This document shows positions 1-36,577 of a stretch of 64,000 bases of DNA, in pieces (within the stretch, counting starts at the first letter, position 1; each line of letters starts with the position of its first letter). The stretch comes from Laetmonice hystrix (taxonomy: Eukaryota): assembly GCA_965235115.1 (NCBI GenBank), contig OZ249438.1:42904001-42968000 (forward strand), in the 5' to 3' direction. A program made the translations under genes and the position numbers. The notes below the pieces were generated by a model. The model was not told the origin of the DNA. It did no database searches and was given only the letters and a program-made list of their open reading frames with translations.

Positions 1-471
1 TTCACATGGCAGATTCATTTATTCAGCACATCGACCATAATGACCATAAAGGTAATATCACTCATTATGTACATTGAGTGGGAAAAGAACAATCAACGTA
101 TAAATGCAATAAAAGGTTCGTGTACTTGTATAATTAACATGTTTACCCTGTATCTATTGTTTTCTCGCTACATCTACATGGAAACCAATGTAAATGACCC
201 CCTTTCTACTGCCATAGGGTTTGTTGGACAAATCAGAACAATTCCTGCAATACACATCAGACATGTATATAAATTTATTAACTCCAAATATTCTCCCCAC
301 ACAAACACTTGATTGGTTGCATGAACATTCGGCTTTGTATGTCAAACTTGTAATGATTTGTCAAGTTACAGATCACTGAATGCAGCCCTCGTGTACGTCC
401 AACTGTGGTGACATCACTGAGTAGGTATCCAGGATGCCCTCGGGTATATAAAATATGAGATGATAGTCGCT

Positions 472-3106
472 CTATTTTCGTCGTTCCTCCTTGGCCTTGT
501 CAAGTTCTGCCACTTGATCATGTAGTTCTCGGAGCATGATGTCGGGTACATATCGAAACTCCTCTTCTTCAGGGTCAGGCTGTTGATACAGAATGATCAC
601 ATACAAGTTGAACTTCACTTCTGTTGCCATCAGTCCGCAGTCAAACATTAAACATACAAGTAAAATACACTAAACACAAGCTAGGAATAAAGAAAACTAT
701 ATTTCTCCACCTTACTAAGAGGATATGCAAAATGTCGGGTCCTGGTACCATTTTCCAAGTGTTAATATGGCAATCTTTACATTTGATGGAGTTTGGCAGT
801 GTTTTCATTTAAATCTCTTTCATTGATGTCGACCCCTTTTATTTACTAATATGGCATGACTTACTTCTTTTACTGTCAGCTGAACCCCTTCTGGCAGGTT
901 CTGATGAATTACCTCAAACAAGACTGAGGCCAATGTTGTCGGTAGATCTTCAACCTTGAAAGCAATTTAAACAATTCACATCTAGATATTGTCAACAAGT
1001 TGAGAAACAACCCTGGAAGTTTAACAGTTATACAGATCAAGTCTTCAGGAATTTTATTTCTTTCCATTTTGAGGCAGTCTCTTAGTACATAAACAAAGAG
1101 GCATCTCACCTGCACAGTGCGCTCATATTTAGCCAAGTGATATTGGTTTTGTATATTTGTGCTGGAAGGTTTAAACGTAGTGACCTTAGCTGTTCGGGCA
1201 GGCACTGCAAACCTGCAAACATATTTGATTTATAAGATATTAAAGATATCAATTTTGCAAGATATGACCTTACAGATTTCTCAAATCAACATTTAAAAAA
1301 AATTTTAATCTGAAATTAACATTTTTAAATGGATGTCATCACATTTATTGAGGCACATTCCTTTAAGTTAACATGGTTTCCAGCCATTCTAAAAACAAAA
1401 TCTCTTCCCCTAAAACTACCACTTACGCTGATGCATCAAGATCCATGGATAGGAAAAGATTATGAATGTACTTTGCATACAACTCGAGAACCACGTAGTC
1501 GTAACCCCTCAAGCTGATATTTAAGGACTCGTACTCAGGTATTTCTGGTGGCAGATTCTGAAAAATTGAGAACCTTTTTCACATTATTTCAGTTGATTTA
1601 TACTTTTTATTTTACATATGCATTCAGGCCACATTAATTTGTAACAATTTGTAACAATTTTTACTTACCACATCATCTGGTTCAAATGGTGTGAATTTCC
1701 TTTGGGAGTTTATGAAACTAAGAAAACAAACATTAACCCATATTATGTGTACAAGATATCAACATAATATTTTCTACTTGTAGTCCTCACAAAATAATGA
1801 TGTTACTTACAGCTGGTTATAACTTGTGTGATCAGTGGACAGATTCTCTCTCCACACTCTCTCTCCACATGCGCACACACACACACACACATGCCATTCA
1901 CACATTAATGATCCCACACTATGGCATGGTGACAAGGGATAGATCATAAAATTATTAAAAAAATGTTTACGAGAGGAAACATTTCCAAATCACTTGGACT
2001 CGCTCTCCATAATAAACTGGTAATATTACAGATCCCTGCTGCATACCTTCTGCTGGGACCATGATGTTGAATTGTTTTACAAGCTCTGCCAACTCTATTT
2101 GACATCTGTTTCAAACTGGCCTGCAATGGAATAAAAATATATATGAACATGTGTGTATACTACAAATCTGTCTACAAAAAAAACCGCATGAAATACATGT
2201 TCCTGTCAAAAGATCCTGCCCCATTACTTCAGACCGGAACAGGTCAGTTAGGAAGATCGTCGCCTTTTTTTTTTTTTTTTTCATTCTATCAATTCTAAAA
2301 CTAGACATTCATTTTCGCGTAATCGTGATGTGTGGACTAAGTTGGTCACACAGTCGGTTTGACTTTCTAAGATAATCCACTTAGATGATGGATCTAAGTT
2401 GACATGCGGAGTGAATGATAGGAGAGTTCTACCCGAGGAATACGAGCCAGTACCCACTGTTGCAGTCCAAGATCTCCGCAATCTTACATCTCCGGGAGGT
2501 TGGCCGAATAGCCATTTTTATTTGTAAAGTTCTAGTTGAACTATCCGAAATCTCGGTTGACAGTTGAGCAAACAGGTGAGTCTGCTAAATATGGGACGTC
2601 CTAATCGGAATGACGAATGACGTGGAATAACGAATGACAAAAAAAGAAATGGCATAAGGACTGCTCCCTTGTCATTCTAAATAATGTCGATTGAATGACA
2701 AGGGAGCAGTTCTGTGCCAACTTTTTATGGTCATTCGTTATTCCATGTCATTTGTCATTCCGATTAGGGCCAGCCGCTAAAGAGACACTCCCCATATTTA
2801 CAATTTGCCTATCGCTATGACAACTGTCTGATCCAGGCCGTCGTTTATTATTGTGTTTGGAAGGAAACTCGTTCGCCATCACTGCATCACTAGCAGACGA
2901 CCGGGGGTGTGAGCTTAAACTGAGAAATACGCGTGCTCGCTTGGTCAGATTCAGCAGATAAACAATAGGAAACCATGCTCCCGGAGATCTAAGACCGACG
3001 GAGATCTGAGTGCGCGACACCGGCGGGCGGGGCGGGCGGCCTGCCCTTCGCTTCGGAGGGCGATAATAAAGGTAAACTCGGTATCTACCAGCAATCTCAG
3101 CGCCAT
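472..3106 (-). CDS. MRPL48: Mitochondrial ribosomal protein mL48, spliced, about 190 aa
   Basis: Hand-built exons (minus): 3106-3089 (MALRLL; weak GTAGAT donor, least certain), 2120-2047, 1717-1669, 1557-1427 (EYESLNISLRGYDYVVLELYAKYIHN), 1212-1110 (FAVPARTAKV..YERTVQ), 954-865 (VEDLPTTLASVLFEVIHQNLPEGVQLTVKE), 579-472 (PDPEEEEFRY..RRK*). All introns are GT-AG and phases are consistent (573 nt). Resembles human MRPL48 motifs YGVLNIHLTAYD, HERVVQ and SSLPEGVRLSVKE. Confidence 0.85.
2600..2768. mobile_element. Fold-back / MITE-like inverted repeat in MRPL48 intron 1
   Basis: cctaatcggaatgacgaatgacgtggaataacgaatgac at 2600 mirrors gtcattcgttattccatgtcatttgtcattccgattagg ending 2768. An inner arm pair ctgctcccttgtcattc / gaatgacaagggagcag is also present. 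No TSD recognised. Confidence 0.6.
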
Positions 3107-3650
3107 CCTTAAACTGCAGCAGAAGAAACACCCGTCAGTTTCTTCAAGTCCTGACAACTATAGCCTACTGGCTTTCACATATCACAGCTTTTTCACATTC
3201 TTCGGGATTCTCTGTCTTTTAAGACAAGCCGTTTTCGGCCTACCGCACACGAGTTCATAGGCTGCTTCACTGTTCTCCCGCTAGGGGGCTGTGTGTCAGC
3301 TCTGTGCCGCTAGGTGGCAGCTCCATGATAGAGGGCGCTTTGAGAGGTCGTTTATTTTCATCTCATATCTTTGTATTTCCGCGTTATTTGTCTATAAAAG
3401 TTAATTCCAAATCTGAAGTATGGGAAGATGAGTGCGTAAAACAACTCTTTAATATCATACGGAACTCTAGAAGGCGTCCACCCACCACTGACATAGCAGG
3501 CCTCTTTAGATATTGTCTGGAAGTGGTCCTTTATGAAAACACCAACTTTGAGTCACTACCAAACCGGTCTAATAGCGGTTCTCGTTCCCGTCGCTAGGTG
3601 GCTAGAAACTAGCCACCTAGTGAGGGTAGTGGGAACCAGTCTACTCTACT
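3107..3650. promoter_or_regulatory. Putative bidirectional promoter of MRPL48 and MEA1
   Basis: Lies between the MRPL48 ATG (3106, minus) and a plus-strand donor AAG|GTATGT at 3721/3722. Has an ETS-type ACTTCCGG near 3647 and CTCF-like CCCGCTAGGGGGC (3277) and GCCGCTAGGTGGCAG (3306). Confidence 0.5.
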
Positions 3651-3721
3651 TCCGGAAAAAAAATCCAAGTGTTGAACACGCTGAACAAACTCCAAAGTCA
3701 AAGACGATAGGGCTGCCTAAG
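3650..3721 (+). other. MEA1: Probable non-coding first exon of MEA1
   Basis: Strong donor at 3722 and a matching acceptor (ttggttag, 4903) 26 nt before the MEA1 ATG. The start coordinate is approximate. Confidence 0.45.
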
Positions 3722-3853
3722 GTATGTATGGATGTTATATTTAAAATGGACCCTAGGTACAGGAATCTGTATTGTTTTGAGTACCTACGAGGTCTAAATT
3801 GTATACGGAATATGGAGTTCGAATGCAAAATATAGTGACACTAACTCACTGGC

Positions 3854-3946
3854 ACTGCGTATCCAGATAGGTAGCCTTGATCATCGCGCCCCCTGTTGGG
3901 CCAGCATAGGCATGATAGGGCCGGGCCCTACCTACGGCTACGCAGT
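3854..3946. mobile_element. Short degenerate MITE-like element
   Basis: Imperfect inverted ends actgcgtatccagataggtag / ctacctacggctacgcagt. Confidence 0.35.
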
Positions 3947-3964
3947 CTTATCATAGAGTGTAGG

Positions 3965-4225
3965 GGGGGGCCTCGGGTGGCCGAGTGGTCAAAGGTGCTG
4001 GCTCATGACACCTAGGACCATCGCCTCACACCGCTGCGGTCCGGGTTCGATCCCCGGCCAGGGCTGCATGTGTGAAAGGTTTGTCAGTCAGTTCCTTCCC
4101 GAAGGTCGGTGGTTTCCTCCGGGCACTCCGGTTTCCTCCACCAAGAAAAACTGACTTTCATCATCATCTTCACCGCCGTGATATGACCCTGGCTGTTGCA
4201 AGGCGTAAAACCCCAAATACCCACC
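3965..4225 (+). mobile_element. Full-length tRNA-derived SINE (Meta/V-domain type)
   Basis: Pol III A box tggccgagtgg, B box ggttcgatccc and central ggtggtttcctccgggcactccggtttcctccacca. A 13-bp TSD catagagtgtagg lies at 3952-3964 and 4226-4238. Confidence 0.85.
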
Positions 4226-4929
4226 CATAGAGTGTAGGTCTTACAGTCTATGCTCATTGCATAACAACACAGTCTGTGCCAAATACTTTTTTTAGTACTA
4301 GACTGACGGGCCCCTCCCCCCCCCCCCCCCCCATCTTTTCACTAGACTCAAAATGAGCTCCTAAGCCAGGCTAGGGCTAAGCAAGTGAAACAAAACACAT
4401 TCATGGGGGAGAACACATTCATGCCATGGAGGAGAGGGGACCCTCCCACTGCACTGGCAGGGTCAAGGGGTCTCCCTTGAAAAAAAAATTTCAGGCTCCC
4501 AATAGGCAAATTCATTTGAGACCCTCCTTATACCTTTTTTTGCCTCGGCTACCTCCTTTTTTTGATCGCTTTTCTTGCCGGCAGTACCGACCGGTTGTTT
4601 ATGTGCGTTGTTGGGTGTTGATTTCGGAGATTTGGAAACCTTTATATGCCATAATATGGAAAAGGAAAAAAAGAGGCGATTTTGACTTTCAGACTGGCGG
4701 GCTCATGCAGCCAGTGCTTTCGCTAGCCCCCCACAATTTCTACTAGACTCGGGCTTCAGGCTAGCGGCTAACGTCGCAGACTGTAACAACTATAAGGTGT
4801 TATGTTTATAGTGACTAGTAAGTTCCTAAGTCGCACCTGGTGCATGTCTCCCTCCCTCTCCGTCCCTCCCTCGATATTAAACTCCATGTTTTCTGTTGGT
4901 TAGATTGGTCCACTGAGCCTGAGGTCGTG

Positions 4930-6072
4930 ATGTCTCCAGTACCAGCCAACAATAACCGGGACCCAGACAAACAGCAGGGCCAGGAGGTGAGCGGAGGTGA
5001 TGCGCCACAGTTTGTGGTGGCCAACAGTGAGTCTGACTCGGATGGAGACGATGATGGTTACAGCGGGTACCAACTCCTGCCCCAGGATCCTGATGGTGCC
5101 GTGGATGATGACGCAGAGAACCCTGGCAGTGTTAACCAGGTTATCATGGACACACTGGATGATCAGGATATGATGGAGGCAGTTTCAGCACAGGTCAGGT
5201 TGCACAACATCTAACGTTATTGTGGCCTTTTTGTTTATTCATGGACACATCTGAAAAAACTTGACTCCATAGAAATATTATTTCGTGCGGAAATTCAGAT
5301 TATTGAGATGAATTTAGTTCGCATAAATGTCTAGTAACATTCCATTATTATGTCATCAAATGTTCATACATGCACCATGTTTTTGTCTTCTTTAAGTGCA
5401 GATCAGGGTTCCTTATTCATTTAGGAATGAACTATGAATTATGTCTCTAGTCTTGTGTTTACATCTTAGAATCAAGAAGAACCAGTTGAAGCTGGCATAT
5501 CTGACCGAACTGAATTATGGAACACACCTTCCACACCTAGGACCTTACCAATGGACCAAGGTAGCTGCAAAACCCATCTCTTGGCAACTAGCAGGAGGAG
5601 TCACTAACATTCTTAGATCCAACAGATCCAACTGTAGATGGAGTTACATCTCAGTACCCAGTAAAGATTTCTCAAATTAGGACAGGAGATTTGCAGAAAA
5701 TTGTCGCAGCAGTTCATTATTCTGTCTCTTCCTCTGCTTATAAAAAAAACGAAGAGATCCTTATCAACTGAAGTGAACTAAAGTGTACCTATGTAAACAG
5801 TCTCGGAGTGGCATTAAAATAACTAAGTCCTATAGGCTAACTGCAGGCTATGATAAAATTGTTGATTTAATATATTTATTTTCATTGCAGATAAAGTGGA
5901 TAAAATCCGAGCAGCCATGTCTGGGTTCAGTTTACCAGCTACTGCACAACCTGCCTGGGCTGACAACATTCCTGAGACAGAGTGGAAACAACTGGTGATG
6001 CGTAATATTCACATTGGGAGTCCACTTCAAGGGGGCCTGGATCTCACAGCCAACCCTAAGTCAGAAACATAA
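4930..6072 (+). CDS. MEA1: Male-enhanced antigen 1-like protein, about 178 aa
   Basis: Exons 4930-5193 (MSPVPANN..GYSGYQLLPQDP..), 5470-5560 (..LPMDQ) and 5891-6072 (DKVDKIRAAMSGFSLPATAQPAWADNIPETEWKQLV..*). Phases 0 and 1 are consistent. Resembles human GYSYQPLNQDP and [35 protein letters not shown]. Confidence 0.85.
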
Positions 6073-7957
6073 GTGCTGGACTAAAGATACAGGTTTACAA
6101 CGGATCTGTATGTTGTGGTTAAGAGATCGATAGAGAAGTTGATCTGTACAAGGGAAGACCTCCCTCCTGGGGACCAGCCAGACAGTCTGGGTGTCCATGT
6201 GTTGTATGCACTCTAACAATCTGTGCCCATCCATCGAGGCCCAGATCTCATGATGAGCTCCGGGTCAGACCGTGTACGGTACCAGGGTCCTAGAGTCTCT
6301 GTCCTACTTGTGGATGTCATACAGTCATTTTTTCTTTAGGGAAGTTCAGGCATATACCCAAAACTGAAGGGGGGGTGTCTTGTGTCGCGTTATATTATTT
6401 TTACAACTTACAGGGGTGGGGGGTCTTTAAAATAGGCAAAAAAGGCGTTACATAATTTATGGACAGCCCCTTACGTTTAGTGGCTGTCTTGTCATGGTAG
6501 GTTATTGTGGGCTGGGCCCATAAGTGAACCTGCTAACTTTTCATGGTCGACCTGCTAATATTGCAGGGTCAACCTGTCAACATTGCAGGATTGAAACCAC
6601 AGGTGTTTGCAGGGCACACCTGATAGCATCATAAAAATGGATCGTCAAAATGTTCTTAATGTTTCCGTTACATTGCATAACCTACACTCTGGTGATTAAA
6701 ATTAATGACAGTTCAGTATGACTTTTTTACAATCAATGGCACATTGGTTAAAATGTGTCACATGAACAGTTATAAAAGACAATTTGACTGCAGTGCCTGA
6801 CACGTCCACGTTGAACATTTCTGGACGGGCGTTTTGCAGCTGGTAATAAACACATTTAATTGACACATGTTTGCTGTTTCAGTTGTTCTTACGGTTTTGT
6901 CAGCCTGATATTTTTGTCGCCCTGATATTGCCTCAACCCCAACGTGTCCCAACTCGCCATACCTTTGTTGCCCATATATTTCACACTCTCTGTTGAAATG
7001 ACCACGTAGTACCTCATAAAATAGCCACAAAAAGGTGTGAAGGAAGATGAAGGAATACATGTACAACTGTACATGTATGGACCCACTTACAGGAAGGGAG
7101 CCTCTCTGTCCAATGTGTAGGCCATGTGCCAGAAGGCGCCTCGGACTGTTGCGCCACCTAGTGCGTTGTGAAAGAATTAAAAAGGCCCGTGTCGATAATT
7201 TGCCCTCCTGCATAATCGATTAATGGCCTACAAGGTGTGGCACGTTCAAAGGTCAGAGAACTGTACATGTATTATGTACATTTCAGTTCCCTCTGGATAT
7301 TTGTAAAGGATTCCCCTCTTATCCTGCTTGGTACGGGTATCTTATGTAGGCCTATCGGCGTAAGGGTTAGATCTACGTAAGTCGTTATTAATTAGGCATA
7401 GGTTAACAGCAGCGTATAGGCCTACGTCACGTGCCCGGGCGTCACACAGACAATCACCGCAGGCTGACAGGGGTGTTTGTCCCGAGAGGGGGCTCCGGCC
7501 GGGGGGGGGGGGTGCGGGTTAGGCCAAGACAGCAGCGTATATGTCACGTGCCCGGGCGGATCGGGGTGGGGGATGGGTGGGGGAGTCCCCAATTTTATCT
7601 TTTGCCCCATAGAATTTTCTGAATTGACCATGCACCCCCCCCCCCCCCCCCAAGCAAATTCTTCCCCTATCCCCGGCCCCCTTACCAATATTATCCTGGA
7701 TCCGCCCCTGGCGAGGTTCCGGGCCAATATAGAACTGTCGGCTTTCATTTATAGGCCTATATATTATATCCTTGATTGAATACCATTAATATGAGCAAGA
7801 TTCGTCCCCAACGACTGCAAAATCAGTAGCCTAGCCTAGCGCAACTTAGGCGGATCCAGAGGGGGGCACAGGGGGCACGTGCCCCCCCCCCTAGCTTCAG
7901 TAGCGTACTCATTTTTAATTAGGCCTAATTTTAACACTGTGTGTCTCGATCAGGGAA

Positions 7958-8150
7958 CAGGGGCGGATCTAGGACTATATATTCATGCGGGGGGGGGGGG
8001 GTCCTATGGGGGACCAGCATAAAAAGTGCAAATCGAGGGGGGTCCGTTGTAAAAACAAAAGGCATTTTGGTTATAAAAAATTTAATTTGGCAAATTTGAG
8101 AGGGGGGATCCGGACGTCGCCGACACCCCTCCCCCCCGGATCCGCCACTG
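7958..8150. mobile_element. hAT-like MITE with CAG..CTG ends and 5-bp direct repeat
   Basis: TIRs caggggcggatct / ggatccgccactg, flanked by GGGAA on both sides. Related partial gcggatcc elements lie at about 7535-7710 and 7850-8315. Confidence 0.6.
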
Positions 8151-8350
8151 GGGAAACCCCCGAGTTATATAGGCCTATGTAGAATCTAATAGGCCTATAT
8201 CTCTAAAACTTTCATTCAAGAGCATGAGCTTTAATTATGATAGTAGGCCTAATGCAAACAATCATGAATTGCTTTCCTGTGCCCCCCCCCCCCTTTAGTG
8301 AAAATCCGCCAGTGTACCTAGGCCATAGCCCTAGTGGTCGGCCTTAGCCC

Positions 8351-8381
<31 letters not shown>

Positions 8382-8639
8382 AAAAAAAAAAAGCCTAGGC
8401 TAAAAGGTAACATCCCAGACTCGGTTACCCGTCAAAAAATATGATAAATTATGTATTTCATCTCATAATATTCTTCTTTTACTTCTTACTGCAGAGATTT
8501 CTGAAGCTGTTTGATTTTCTTGAATATTCTTCGAAGAATTAGGGTGTTTCCTTAATTCGGAATCCGATGGGCGCTAAGCCTACTCAGTCCTCGAGCGGAT
8601 TTTCGGCGGTACATGTTCGTACGGGGAGAACCTGCCGGG

Positions 8640-8700
8640 AGGTCATGTGACTAAATGTATAACCACGTGACCGTCTTCTCTACCAATCGGTGCTGTTGTT
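8640..8700 (+). promoter_or_regulatory. Proximal promoter of the B56 gene
   Basis: GTCATGTGAC, CCACGTGAC (E-boxes) and a CCAAT box 70-130 bp upstream of ATG 8769. Confidence 0.5.
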
Positions 8701-8768
8701 TAGTGTTGGAGTTGTCTCGAATAGCAAGGTGAAAACGATTTACGGAAAGGGTTTTATTCACCCAAGAA

Positions 8769-32341
<23,573 letters not shown>

Positions 32342-34370
32342 ACGTAGCCTTGCGTCGTTCTGCTGCTGCTGCTGCCGAGCGGCAGCCAGCCCGCCCACCA
32401 CTAGGGACGGTAGCAGGGGCTATCGACAGAGCCGTCATAGAGCTGACCACTGACCCTGCCCGCCCGCTCATCGCACTCTTACCTGCATACCTACCTGCCC
32501 TGCCTGTTGCCGTTCTATACCTTGTGTGCTGTGCACCGCTCGGTATAGGCTGGCAGAAGCCTCACCAGAAGCAAACACTAGTATTAGAAGCAAAATGCCT
32601 TCTTTTTGGTTCTTAAGTACAACCTGCAACTTGTCTTTTTTTTTCTGTATGTGATCGCCTAGATGAAATATGTATTGGTCAATGTATTATTTCTATAAAT
32701 AGGAGTAGAGTGAGCGTGTATGTACGTGTGTGTATAGGCCGTGCATATATGTGCACCCACCCACGGTTGTAGCGGGGGTTTCCAGCCGTCGTGCAGTCAG
32801 CTCCAGCAGTCGGTCGCGCAGAACATAAAGTCACCAATCGCAGCCGACACTTGTATCAGTTAACAAACGCACCCTGCTCAGCGGCCAACGCATCATAGCA
32901 TATCAGAAACTACAGGCTAGTTTCATTTTTTTTGTGTTTTGACAATCAATTGACATTTTGTAAAGTTAGATTGTGATCACTTGATGCTACAGTAGATTAT
33001 GACCAAATGATGCCGAGGCCATTGCAAGTTCTCGCTGCCGTAACCCCGTCTTATTGTAAAACCTTCGCTTGCTAGCGTTCCTGGCTTTTGCGTGTCGTTA
33101 ACAGGTGAATGTAGGTATCAGGAACTGGTGTAGGATATGGAAATATTTCTAAGAAAAAGTTTGTAAATTATGACACAAAATCAAAAACTGGCCTTGTGGG
33201 CCAGATCTACCAAGTTTTGTGGCTGCAAGCAGGCATGTAGATCTCAAGGACTAATAGAGTTTGGGGTTCTTTGTCTAAGCTGAGAAGACGCGCTCATACT
33301 AACAGGCCGATCTCCACTTTGCTGTTCTTTCTAACGCCTTGTGGTTTTGCTTTGAAGTGAAATGATAGCCTTTAAGTGCATGTCGAATTGAGGACTCGAC
33401 TATGCCTCCTCCCGGTCTCCTAACGCAGCTGGCGCCGCAGTCTCGTGAGCCAGTCACCCCCCTAAGTCTGGTACTACCCATTGTGACACGTTGTTGCCTA
33501 TTGTCAAAGCCAATACGTGCTGTTGTTACCAAGGCGACGTGGGGACTGTTGCTTTCTCATGCTCTGCCGAGAATGAGAACGGTCAGGATTGGCTGAGCTC
33601 GATGACGTGACGTGACGACGTAACCCTGGTAACCGTCGGTGCGTGCTGTTGTTAGAAAGGCGTGCCGCTGTCGCTCGGTGCGCCAAAGAGTAGATGTACA
33701 GTTGTGTCCCTGCAAAGTGAGCAGCTCTCGGAAAAGCGGCAGAATTTTGTATAGTGAGAAACAATAATGTGTGATGCCTGTACATGAAGATTATATATAT
33801 ATATACATATATACATATTATATTCAAATCTGCATGACCAGTGATGGTTAGTGAGTACACAAGGAAATGTTCTCAGAATATTCCACAAAGAAACGAGCGA
33901 GAAACGGAGGACCAATTTCCATTGTATGGTTAATGACTGGTTATCCGAGGATCCTAATGACAGTTATTAATGATCTAACGTAATTATAATTATTATATTG
34001 CTCTGTAAGAGAACGTGGAATGTGTACAGACAAAATTATTATCCCATTGTAGAACAAAAAAGAGCAATAGGATTTCATACAATGCTGTGAATGTTGTGTG
34101 TCCTTTGCAGATTTTAACGTGGATATTTTATTTGTGAGACAACTACTGTTCAGTTCAGTAACTTGCATCTCGTCAGATGAAATTGTTGGAGTGTAAAAAA
34201 GGTATAAAATTGTGTTTGCAATGGGTTTGAAATTTTTCACAGTCGATGGACCAACATTTAAATTTCTTTTTGTTTTTGTATGAAACTTTGATGAAAGTAT
34301 AGGGATGCGAGACTCCTTACAGTACAGCCGAATGAGTGTTTGCCATTCACTGAAGGGGCCAAAGTGTCGT

Positions 34371-36577
34371 GCTGCCATCTGGTGGCGTTGGGAGACACCA
34401 CTCCATAGTACGACGTCTCCCAAAGCCTGAGCCAAATTTGCCATGGTTGTATGCTAGGTTATATACTTTACAAATGACGGCAATGGTGTGAATGGATCAA
34501 GATGTGAGGCCAAACGTGGGTATGTGACAAGACGGACCGCCAACATTGTTTGTGATAACAAACTAATAATGTATAGTACAGGGCGACTGACGCCCTCTGG
34601 TGGTGAGCTCCAGAATCAAACATGGAATCGTTGACTGGTGCCTACCGCACGGACGGCTCGGCCTCCCCCGGCCGACAACAAATACCGGTTCTCAAATAAT
34701 AATTGTAATCATTGATTTCGACGTTAAAATCACACTGCACAGGGTAAATTGTTATGGCCAGATAATTAATTCGTCTTGACCACTGTTTGTAGTCTTGTCA
34801 AAGTCTCAAACTACATTTAGTTGCATTTTTATATATGTAAAAGTCTCAGAAATGATGTGCAATGTACCTCACGCAAGGTATGTTTTTAACGCTTTAGCTA
34901 AAATTCTATTTTAAAAAAATGATAAAAAAACGGACATACTTATTGGGTTTTATTGTTAGGTCGTAGCAAGTTCTACCTGGAATACGATTTGTGATTGATG
35001 CGTGGCGCCCTCTGGGAGGATGGACACTTGTAGATATATTGTGATAGGTGACGATCCAGATTCCCGCTAGGGGGCGTTGGTGTCGGAATAAGGCGAGGCC
35101 ACGGCAGCAGGGTGTCACCTAGTCGGGTCTGTACATTTCACCCTCGGCCCTTTCGCTCATGTATCATTGGACACTGACACAGAGACTGTAAATGGAGATT
35201 TCGATCAGGCTTACCAGAAAAAAAAAAGTCAGTAAATTAACTGGAAGATGTTTTAGAGTCGTGTGTTTTAAAGTAACAAGGCCGCCATGAGTATCAAAGG
35301 AAATGTAATGAGAGATTTTATAATCCAAACGACATGGATGTTTCATTGCATGTATACCTGTTGTAAACTGAAGGAACTATATTCTCTGTAAAATAAACAC
35401 GGGAAATCATAGAACTTGCTCTGTCTTCTGGAGTCTTTTCAAAGTACGAGTTGTCAAACATAATTCTTACATTTTTGTGTGTGCCACAAAACATGTTTGC
35501 TAATATAGCCGCTTCCTATAAGAAAAATGCACTTCTATAAAGGAATATGGGATCTTGGCCGAGGAAATGCTTTTGTCCTCTCATGTCCACTTCAGAAAAG
35601 AGAATATGTGCAAATGGGGACCGGGCTGTGCAACTGAAAGGAATCGATGAGGAGGGGGCTGTAAAAATTAAGAGCTGGCCCGATTTGGGCTGAAACTTTG
35701 AAAGGGATAACGAATGTTTGTGGTCCCAGACAAACGAGGTAATTTAAAACAAAGACCTATGTTGGGGGACGGGTCTGACCAACTGACCAAAGCCTGATAT
35801 TTCGGGGGAGGGGGGGTGGGTTGAACAATATTTAGAGTATCGTGCATGAACAGAAACTTGCCAGTCCAGTGTGTGTCGGTAGTGTGCGATGTGCTTGTAG
35901 ACCACCAGAGGGCAGCTCTGGTACAACCACGTGAGAACTGAATGTGGCGCAAGTCCTTGATCATAGATCATCTTGACTTTAGTCGACCTACCGGTTCTGA
36001 TAATATGATCTGTGAGAATTCTGACTTGTCAACAAACGCACGGGTCTGGCCAATATTACAGCCTAAATTATACAAATTGAGTACCAGTAGTAATACCATA
36101 GACCTAGAGTAGACTCTACGTCTATGGTAATACTTAATCACCACAGGTAGGCCTCACAGATCAGGTCGGGAGGTATTCACGCTGAACCAATGCGCACATG
36201 TATGTCCGCTGCCCATGTGAATATTCAGAAACCCCTAGAGGCGAGAAAGTGTTCGCTTCCCAAACAGAAACAAATTGAACGAAATAAAAAAAAGTAAACA
36301 CCTGAAGAAAGATTTAAATAGGAATTTTCATGTTTTCTTCTTCAATTTCTAGCTTGAAAATTTCTATACATATCGCAGCATGGTCTTCACTTTTCTGTAG
36401 CCCTACCTTCATAACTTGCCTTCCGACCATGAATGCCATAGCGCGGCATAGGTCTTCTTCCTTTAACCACACCACGTCCACCCCATTCACACTCATAGTG
36501 TAGAATCTAGTGTATGGATAGTCTGCTGCCAGCTAGTGGTTGGGAGTTTATGATAGGATGCTGCCACCTGGTGGCAA
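34371..36577. promoter_or_regulatory. Cluster of six CTCF-like motifs between the B56 3' end and the next promoter
   Basis: Reverse orientation: 34371 gctgccatctggtggcg, 34589 gacgccctctggtggtg, 35004 ggcgccctctgggagg, 36560 gctgccacctggtggcaa. Forward: 35062 tcccgctagggggcgtt, 35900 gaccaccagagggcagct. Matched by eye only. Confidence 0.55.

Noticed and set aside
901-913. Apparent MRPL48 donor GAG|GTAATT at 913/912
   Set aside because: The frame continues as EVIHQNLPEGVQLTVKE, matching MRPL48, to a better GTAAGT donor at 864.
2370-2510. Possible intronic snoRNA or snRNA
   Set aside because: An ATGATG is present, but no convincing D box, terminal stem or similarity to snRNAs I know.
3965-4055. 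tRNA gene
   Set aside because: A and B boxes are present, but the sequence runs into a SINE body with a TSD and gives no clean cloverleaf.
8348-8392. Poly-C followed by poly-A as a retrocopy tail
   Set aside because: No upstream retro-sequence or TSD; long homopolymers are common throughout the window and their lengths are unreliable.
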